Shown here piece by piece: positions 56,958 to 64,000 of a stretch of 64,000 bases of DNA. The stretch lies in contig JAJBUH010000138.1 of assembly GCA_020860445.1 (NCBI GenBank), forward strand, positions 9,840 to 73,839, read 5' to 3'. Position numbers and translations under genes: made by a program. The stretch's first letter is position 1. Each line of letters opens with the position of its first letter. The stretch is from Bacteroidales bacterium (GTDB lineage: Bacteria; Bacteroidota; Bacteroidia; Bacteroidales; Muribaculaceae). The notes under the pieces were generated by a model. That model did no database searches. It saw nothing but the letters and a program-made list of their open reading frames with translations, and was not told the origin of the DNA.

Positions 56958-57960
56958 AATGCCATCATTTATACCACAAATTTACTACTTTTATTTGTAA
57001 ACAACAAATATTTTTGTGAGGTTCATCATTAGGGTAGCTATGCGGTCTGGGTGGAGTATTGGTGAACTAATTGTAGCAACCCATATAGGAGAGGTTGGCT
57101 TAGAGGGTAAAAAGGAATCTTGGTAGGGATGCGTCGGTCGACGAGTCGCTACCAAGATTTCTGTGGCGTGATGGTATTAAACCAGATAAGGGGATTTTTG
57201 CTTAGTAATATTATTTAGTATTGTCGTAGTGGTATTGGCGTCCTTGAGTATATTCTTATACGTTAATGAACCTTTATTTTATCAACATTTCTTTAGATAC
57301 TGAGCTATCATTAGATAGCTCAGTCTGGGATACAATGGCGAAATCAATAGGTTGAAGCCATTTTGCACATTCTTGTTTTGAGTCCCTGCCAATAAAACTA
57401 CTATCATCAAATTGGAGTTTAGTAATTTGAAATTCTGTTATGCAAAGATACGATTTAATGGGGACACTTAGTATGATATCCTATAGAAATCTGATTTCTC
57501 AAACCTGACAAAATGGCATTTAGGTTTGTCTAAATAAGTTAACTAAAATTACTATTGAATTGGTTATCAGCATAGTACCTGGGTCAAATAGGAATGAGGG
57601 AAGTAGAGGGGGGAATTGTCTGATTCTTGTGAACTGAAACCTTATTTTAGGTGGTGACAAAGCCGATGGATATCCCATCTGGATGATCAAAATTAGCCCA
57701 GGCATCAATATCACCAATCCTGCTATGAGGGCTTGGATAAAAGGTATAAAACTCTAATTATTTTTGTATATTTAGTTTATAATCCTAATATAAACGGTTG
57801 ATATATAATAGATTAAGATGGTCAAATGATATGATGCCTCCCAAACGTTCCTTTCCCTCCATAATCCTTTCAAAATCGGGAATTATTCACTAAATTTGCA
57901 ATGTACAACATAACCCATAGAATGTAGATTGAAAGGCCACATTCTTAGATTCTTTTTATT

Positions 57961-59100
57961 ATGATGGATTTTTGGTTAATAAACTGTATTCTAGCCTTTG
58001 TGTTGGCTGTGATTTGTGCTGGTGTACTGATTCCGCAAATATTGCTGATATCATTCCGTAAAGCCCTGTTTGACGTGCCTAACGCACGCAAAATCCACAC
58101 TTCGGTAGTGCCTCGCCTTGGAGGCCTGGCTTTCATGCCGGTGGTCTGCTTCACTTTCGTGTTGTTGTTCGGCTTGGGTGTCCATGTTGAGGGTTCCTCA
58201 TTCCTCAGCTACGTATTGCCCTATCTCTCTAACCTGTCCTTTGCCGCTTGCGCTCTGATGATGCTGTATATTGTTGGCATGGCTGATGACCTGGTTGGCG
58301 TTAAGTACAGCGCCAAGTTTGTGGTCCAAATCTTCTGCGCCATTCTTATGATCGCAGGAGGTGTGAGTTTTAATACCTTCGGTGGATTCTTTGGCATCTA
58401 CGAGGTCCCGGAGTGGCTCGGTTGTCCGATGATCATCATCGCCACCGTATTTATAATAAATGCAATCAATCTGATTGATGGTATCGATGGGTTGGCCTCA
58501 GGCCTATGTTCGATTTGCCTGTTAATTTATGGAGTGGTGTATAGTATGGCAGGCGAGTGGGTCTTCGCTATCTTGTCATTCGCCAGCGTGGGTGTCCTGG
58601 TCCCGTTTTTCTATTATAATGTGTTTGGAGATCCAAATAAACAGAAGAAAATTTTTATGGGCGACACTGGTTCGTTGACCATCGGCATGATGATTTCATT
58701 CTTGGGAATCCGCATGCTGCAGATTGAAGAGCCGCTCCAATTCCACAATATCAATATGCTCGTCGTAGCATTCTCGCCGCTGATTGTACCATGCTTTGAT
58801 GTGGTGCGAGTTTATGGCGAACGCATCGCCAGTCACAACAATCCCTTTCTGCCCGACAAACGCCATATCCACCATAAGCTGTTGGCACTGGGTTGGCATC
58901 AACGACGCGCGATGGTGATGCTGATTAGTGTGAGCCTTGTATTCTCTCTGGCCAATATCATAGCCAGCGAATGGATAAATATAAATCTTCTGCTGGGGAT
59001 TGATGCTTTGCTGACTATCTTTGCCATCCTGGCTCTAAATCGCTTTATATACAAACGCAAGTCTGCTCTCGCTTTATCTTATGGCTATTTACCCTCTTAG
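57961..59100 (+). CDS. Glycosyltransferase family 4 (WecA/MraY-like) polyprenyl-phosphate sugar-1-phosphate transferase
   Basis: NAINLIDGIDGLASG and MGDTGSL motifs in a polytopic membrane protein. Confidence 0.9.
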   Translation: MMDFWLINCILAFVLAVICAGVLIPQILLISFRKALFDVPNARKIHTSVVPRLGGLAFMPVVCFTFVLLFGLGVHVEGSSFLSYVLPYLSNLSFAACALMMLYIVGMADDLVGVKYSAKFVVQIFCAILMIAGGVSFNTFGGFFGIYEVPEWLGCPMIIIATVFIINAINLIDGIDGLASGLCSICLLIYGVVYSMAGEWVFAILSFASVGVLVPFFYYNVFGDPNKQKKIFMGDTGSLTIGMMISFLGIRMLQIEEPLQFHNINMLVVAFSPLIVPCFDVVRVYGERIASHNNPFLPDKRHIHHKLLALGWHQRRAMVMLISVSLVFSLANIIASEWININLLLGIDALLTIFAILALNRFIYKRKSALALSYGYLPS

Positions 59101-59109
59101 GCTTCCCTT

Positions 59110-60951
59110 TCAAGTGGGGGAATTCCTGTATTGAGTAGGGGATTGGCCATTGAATTTCTTGAAAACACGTGAGAAATGGGCGATGTCATCAAATCCGCAA
59201 TTGTTGGCGACATCGCCTATTGTCATGTTGGGGTCGCTCTTTAGCAAGAGACGGGCGCGCTCCAAGCGCACTCGCATCATGTATTGCGAGGCGGTATCGT
59301 TGCAGCACTCGCGTACGCGGCGATTGAGCTGGGAGGGGGTCATGCACATTTGGCCTGCCAGAGCCTCGACTGTGCATTGACTGGTGCGCATCAGCACTTG
59401 GATCTTGTCTACAAGTTGATTCACAAAGTTTTGTTTCTCTTGGTCTTTCTTATCCAACTCAACCAATTGGCTTGGCTCGTCGATCATCATCTCAGCCATC
59501 GAGTTGAGCAGCGCATCAGCCTGTGAAGCTATGACACCTCCCTTTTCGGCAGTGCGGGCCTCGTTGGCCAATTGATGACCGAGATTGGAGATAACAGTGA
59601 GTGGGTTGCGCATTTTGTGGTACAGGTGGTTGAAGAAATCGTCGCGCAGATTATTGACGCGAGCGCGTTCCTTGCTAATCTTGATGTGATTGCTCCTCAT
59701 TACCACAAGCAATACGATTACAGCCGTCAGCAGTCCTATAATAGTAATTCCCAGCCAGAGGTGCAGCCGATTGATGTCGGAGAGATGCTCATTCTGCAGC
59801 TCGAGTTCGCGGTTCTCAAAGCCAGCTTGCATGAGCTTCATCTCATGGTCGACCGTGATTTTGTTGATAGAATCGGTGAGAAGGGCATATCTCTCAATCC
59901 AGATTTTGTCATCGGTTGAATGCCAAAGACCGCGAGTGGCTCGCAGTCGTTGCTGATTGTCGCCGCATTGCATAGTAATGCGCCAGGCTTGAAGATAGAG
60001 GTCATTAGCCTCGGAGTTTTGGCCATTATTGAGTTTGATGTCGGCCAATTGGTTGAGACAGATTGCTTGCGAGCGCAAGATACCCTCTTCGCGTAGCACT
60101 GGCAGAGCAGTTCGCAGCTGGTGAGCCGCTTGTGTCGTATCACCTTTTTCAATCAGTGCGCTTGCCAACTGTGAGCGCCGGATGCCCACCTTGTCACAGC
60201 GATTGGCAATCGAGTCGAGAGCCAGGGCTTTGCGAGCGTACTCTACTGCTCGTTGCAGGAGCCCAAGACGCATGTACACCTCCGAAGCGGTGCCATAGCG
60301 GATAGCCAGTGGGCCGGTGTCTTTGCGTTTGAGCGAGGTCTCCACCTCGATAGCACGGTCGATGTATGAACGCGCACGTTCTTTCTCGCCGAGGGCAAGC
60401 GATATAAAAGCCAAATTGTTGAGGTCGCTGGAGAGGGCTTCCTTGTTTTGAAGTTCTTGGTTTAGCTTGTAACATTCTTGGGTGGCCAGGAGGGCTCCAT
60501 GCAGGTCGCCTTTGCGTTGCTTACTGAGTGCAAGCAATGACCAAGCATCTCCCTCTATTTGTCCGTCATTGATATTATGGGCAGACTGGATAGCCGCGTT
60601 GCATTGCTCGATGGCATCATCCCATCGGCCCTCATCAACCAGATATTCAGCCATCCAATAATCTACCCATGCCCTCACCAGAGCCTTGTCGGCATTTGGG
60701 TTAAAAGCCAGAGGGTCGTTGGTTAAGCCATTTTCATCCATGCGCGTGAAAATGGTATTCGCCAATCGAGTGGCCGCGCGCCCCTTAGTATTAAGGTAGG
60801 CGATATAGAGACTGTCGATGTTGCCATGAGCCGCAAGGGCAGCGCGATCGCTGGCAGCTATTTCGCGTTCAGTCCAGTTGGGTTTTTGCTTAGAGCAGGC
60901 AATCATGCCCAAAGCGATGAGCAAGGTAAGAATATATCGAATCGTGAACAT
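59110..60951 (-). CDS. TPR sensor / TM / HisKA-like / AraC-type HTH regulator
   Basis: N-terminal lipoprotein-like signal and TPR repeats, TM LWLGITIIGLLTAVIVLLVV, H-box-like FFNHLYHKMRNPLTVI. C-terminal AraC HTH is ...GDVANNCGFDDIAHFSRVFKKFNGQSPTQYR. Confidence 0.8.
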   Translation of the reverse strand: MFTIRYILTLLIALGMIACSKQKPNWTEREIAASDRAALAAHGNIDSLYIAYLNTKGRAATRLANTIFTRMDENGLTNDPLAFNPNADKALVRAWVDYWMAEYLVDEGRWDDAIEQCNAAIQSAHNINDGQIEGDAWSLLALSKQRKGDLHGALLATQECYKLNQELQNKEALSSDLNNLAFISLALGEKERARSYIDRAIEVETSLKRKDTGPLAIRYGTASEVYMRLGLLQRAVEYARKALALDSIANRCDKVGIRRSQLASALIEKGDTTQAAHQLRTALPVLREEGILRSQAICLNQLADIKLNNGQNSEANDLYLQAWRITMQCGDNQQRLRATRGLWHSTDDKIWIERYALLTDSINKITVDHEMKLMQAGFENRELELQNEHLSDINRLHLWLGITIIGLLTAVIVLLVVMRSNHIKISKERARVNNLRDDFFNHLYHKMRNPLTVISNLGHQLANEARTAEKGGVIASQADALLNSMAEMMIDEPSQLVELDKKDQEKQNFVNQLVDKIQVLMRTSQCTVEALAGQMCMTPSQLNRRVRECCNDTASQYMMRVRLERARLLLKSDPNMTIGDVANNCGFDDIAHFSRVFKKFNGQSPTQYRNSPT

Positions 60952-61106
60952 TCATTAATTTAATTATATATATGCAAAGTTAATACTTTTAATCCAATTA
61001 TCCCAACCTTCCGACCAAATTTTGTGTATGTTTATATATTACACTCTGTGGGGATGGTACAGGGGACAGATGAGCGTGGGAGGTTGGACTTGTAATTTTG
61101 TTAATT

Positions 61107-61858
61107 TTTATAGGATTTGGTATTTAGAGGATTAATTGCTAACTTTGCTATATTGTTAAAGATAAGTGTAAAAGAATATGAGCCTATTCAATTTTGAGTT
61201 TGAGGATATTCTTATCGCGGCCTCGGCGTTTTGGGAAGAGTTTGCTCCTCTCTACGATTGAATGTTTCTTTCGAGGCGAAAAGGAGCTTTTCAAAGGCAC
61301 ATGGATTGAGTCGCGCGTGAATGAATGGAATCTGAAGCCGATACCATAGATGCTTTGCATCAGAAGTATGACAGTTACCGTTTTTCTGATTCTGAAGAAT
61401 TAGTCTATAATCCTTTCAGTCTGTTGTGCGCTTTTTCAAAAGGCAAGATGGCAAATTATTGGATTAAGACCGGGATTAGCAAAGTGTTTGTCAAATACCT
61501 TACGCGGTCTGATTTTGACCTGATGGAGTTACAGAAACTTTGGGTTACCCGCGAGCGTATGGAGGCTATGTATAGCAATGAGGACTCAATCCCCCTGTTG
61601 TTCCAGACAGGTTACCTCACCATCCAGGATGTCGATGGTGACTTCTATCGCCTCGGTATCCCCAACGGCGAAGTCCGTTCTGCCTTAGAGGAGCAAATCC
61701 GACAGCAAGGATGATATGGTGCCATGGCAGACTGATGGGCGCCATCTCTTCAAGATAGGAATCTCCTTCTCCTCCCAAAGCCATAACATTTCGGATTACG
61801 ACTGCGCTGAGATTCCATAGAAAGAAAATAATTCACGCCTGGTGAGTGAATTGAGCTA
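61107..61858 (+). pseudogene. Degraded duplicate of 54931-56689 (AAA-ATPase-like/PDDEXK_9 gene plus flanks) with three internal deletions
   Basis: Collinear near-identical blocks. Deletions of ~117 bp (junction ~61209), ~506 bp (~61326) and ~390 bp (~61686). The ORF track shows only a 129-aa fragment (61325-61714). Confidence 0.88.
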
Positions 61859-61968
61859 AAAATATTTCTTAGGGGAAGACAAAATCTACAGGAAAAATCA
61901 TAGTTTCAACCAAAATATTTGGTAGTTGTTTATTTTAGTGGTAAATTTGCATACAATTTTGTGGTATT

Positions 61969-62730
61969 ATGGCAACTAAAATAAACTTGATACAATCCGA
62001 TGTTCTGCCAGGTGGAGTGATGACTGCTTCCTGGCTCGAGAGCAAGCATATCAGCCGCAGCGAACAGGCCCAGTATGTAAAGTCGGGATGGCTGGTGCGC
62101 ATAGACAAAGGCATTTATCGCCTTAGGTCAATGGCGCCTACTCTCTTTGGCTCTCTTGCTTCCCTAAAAGAGCAACAAGCCTTTAATTATCGTATCGGAG
62201 CGACATCGGCGTTGGACTTGCAAGGCTATACCCATTACATAACTTTGGGAAAACCTCAAATGTATTTATACACTTCGATAGACAGAAGACTTCCCAAATG
62301 GATGTGGGCACAAGAGTGGGGAATGGACCTAAGAGAATCTTGCTCCAAGATGTTTTCTGGTACCAAGGGAGTGACACAAGTAGAAACTGCTGGAGTTTCT
62401 CTCGCTGTATCTTCTCCGGAGCTGGCCATAATGGAATGTTTAGCCCAATATCCAGAAAATCATTCTCTGATGGATATCTACTATTCTATGGAATCTTTAA
62501 CCACATTGCGTCCAGCCCTTGTGACTAAACTATTAGAGGAGTGTACTTCGGTAAAAGTAAAACGCTTATTCCTATATATGGCTGATAAAGTTAAACACCC
62601 TTGGTTTAACCGCCTTGACCTCTCTAATGTCTCTTTAGGCAGAGGCCCACGCAGCTTCGCAAAGGGAGGAGTAAAGATACCCAAATACGACATAATAATA
62701 CCAAAAGAACTATCAAGATACGATGACTGA
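61969..62730 (+). CDS. AbiEi-family (type IV TA) antitoxin-like transcriptional regulator
   Basis: N-terminus ...GGVMTASWLESKHISRSEQAQYVKSGWLVRIDKGIYRL is typical of AbiEi N-terminal wHTH proteins. 253 aa. Confidence 0.7.
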   Translation: MATKINLIQSDVLPGGVMTASWLESKHISRSEQAQYVKSGWLVRIDKGIYRLRSMAPTLFGSLASLKEQQAFNYRIGATSALDLQGYTHYITLGKPQMYLYTSIDRRLPKWMWAQEWGMDLRESCSKMFSGTKGVTQVETAGVSLAVSSPELAIMECLAQYPENHSLMDIYYSMESLTTLRPALVTKLLEECTSVKVKRLFLYMADKVKHPWFNRLDLSNVSLGRGPRSFAKGGVKIPKYDIIIPKELSRYDD

Positions 62731-62917
62731 GGAAGATGTCAGTTTCTTGTATTCTTTCGAGATGGGGGAGCCGGATTGGCTCAATTCCTCATACGCTGAG
62801 TTTGAGAAATATCCCTCAGTACAATGGAAGCTACTTAATCTCCAGAAACTAAAAAAGAACAATCCCCGAAAACTGGTTCAAGAAGCAGAGAAATTGAGGA
62901 ATCTATTCAAAAAATAA
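62723..62917 (+). pseudogene. Mini-ORF at the AbiEii position (probable remnant of the nucleotidyltransferase toxin)
   Basis: 8-nt overlap with AbiEi as in intact abiE loci, but only 64 aa. No NTase core is present. Confidence 0.45.
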
Positions 62918-63103
62918 GGCCCCTATAACCCTATCTCTCTATTGCGCCTTTAAATTCAGAGATATTAGGTATTGGTTTATTTTAGTAGTGTATTTATATA
63001 TAGTTTAATTGTAAATCCGTTATTAAAATAAACTAAATTAGATTCTGACAACAGGTTTATATAGATATTATGGCTATTATGTGGGAGGGGGATTCGGTGA
63101 TTT

Positions 63104-63331
63104 CTAGGCCATATCTGAGGGGAGGAAGCGGCTGTGGTATTCGAGGCTGAGGTCGAGGAAGAAGTCATGGTCGAGGGCCGCGCTGATGCGCATCAGCTGC
63201 TCGGTGTCGATGCTGCGCATAGCAAATATTTTGTACACATGGGTGCGGGTGCAGCAAATCTGGGAGGCGAACCAGCTGACGCCGTATCGCTTCTCGCGCG
63301 ATATCTGCTCTATACGATTACCTATGTGCAT
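63104..63331 (-). CDS. XRE-family HTH transcriptional regulator
   Basis: IGNRIEQISREKRYGVSWFASQICCTRTHVYKIFAMRSIDTEQLMRISAAL has an HTH_3-like layout. 75 aa. Confidence 0.7.
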   Translation of the reverse strand: MHIGNRIEQISREKRYGVSWFASQICCTRTHVYKIFAMRSIDTEQLMRISAALDHDFFLDLSLEYHSRFLPSDMA

Positions 63332-64000
63332 AAAAAACGTGGGTCCGGTCGATTGCTCGTCCCACTATCTTAGGCTCTCGCATTGCCTTCATCAGAGAAC
63401 GAGCAACGCAGAAGCCCACGTAGGGTATACAGACACTGATCCGCACCCCTGCATGAGTGGGCGAACCAATGGCAGCAGATATACCGCCGAGGGCATCTAC
63501 CGCTGCCGCATCCTTGCCGATTAGTGAATTTGCGAGATTCAAGATAGTCAAGAACGTGGCGTAAGTAAACGCCTATTATGTAATATGCGCCGCCCGCATC
63601 TCCCACTCTGTGGCTTCTGCTTGACAGACGCATTGCAAAGTTACGAAATTAATTTTAATTCTATGAAGATTCTGAAGGTTTTTTTGAGAGGAGTAACCTT
63701 ATACAGTCTAATTGTATCCCATCGCAATACACAGCGTATCTTGATAAACGACATGCATTAACATTTAGTAGACATTTTTCAACGTAACTTTGCACCATCA
63801 TTTTCACATAAATTAAATTTGTGAGTGACAATTTTTGACCTACAGAGATAAAACTTTCAAAATTATCCATAAAATGATTAGTAACCAACCTATTCTCAAA
63901 CTGATGGCTCTGCTATTCGTAGTGCCCAGAGCTCCTGCACTCCTTTGGCCCATAATATTTGGCCAGGATGCGGCTTTGATAATGTCACTGTACGAATAAA

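Noticed and set aside
57296-57345. Possible tRNA (ATAGCTCAGTCTGGGA resembles a D-arm)
   Set aside because: No acceptor stem, anticodon arm or T-arm (GTTCRANNC) can be built around it. It may be a palindrome or a tRNA-fragment relic.
63318-63551. 77-aa minus-strand ORF (MTILNLANSLIGKDAAAVDALGG...) downstream of a TAACTTTG -7 box
   Set aside because: It has no recognisable motif and its end overlaps the XRE gene start. The region could equally be a leader or an sRNA. The evidence is too weak to call.

Overview
64-kb chromosomal window from a Bacteroidota genome of Bacteroidales type. Support for that assignment: complete TTTG-N20-TAnnTTTG promoters, a SusC/SusD pair, T9SS C-terminal sorting domains and a full Bat aerotolerance operon. 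No database searches were run, so every call rests on motifs read from the translations and on my own by-eye alignments.

Core genes, in order: tRNA-Thr, the cobU-cobT-cobS-cobC nucleotide-loop operon, ppdK, a YegS-type lipid kinase, proS, two HU-like genes (one fused to LysM), moxR-DUF58-hyp-batABCDE, a tandem-Usp protein, dnaA, a PUL (frameshifted SusC, SusD, two T9SS-tagged cargo proteins), LMW-PTP, a DEAD-box helicase, a DMT transporter, a WG-repeat protein, a PNPOx-family protein, sugE, a WecA-like GT4 and a TPR-AraC regulator.

Two accessory islands are present.
- Island I (~34.2-48.2 kb) holds the most interesting object, a six-gene translationally coupled operon at 36359-44525. It comprises a type III-like Mod, a Res split into helicase and PD-(D/E)xK nuclease, a 90-aa protein, a DndD-like SMC ATPase and a HerA/FtsK-like ATPase.
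  - The operon is preceded by a ~390-nt palindrome-rich leader.
  - It is bracketed by 74-nt inverted copies of a promoter-plus-leader cassette.
  - A 3' relic of an older HerA-like gene lies downstream.
- Island II (~53.7 kb to the window end) carries a Panacea-domain TA pair, AAA-ATPase-like/PDDEXK_9 paralogues (one a deletion-riddled duplicate), AbiEi with a mini-AbiEii, and an XRE regulator.

Intergenic DNA is unusually structured. It contains a ~110-bp triple-hairpin repeat family (4.5 copies), dispersed stop-codon-rich 'word' repeat tracts, two tandem repeats and a 288-bp MITE-like palindromic element.
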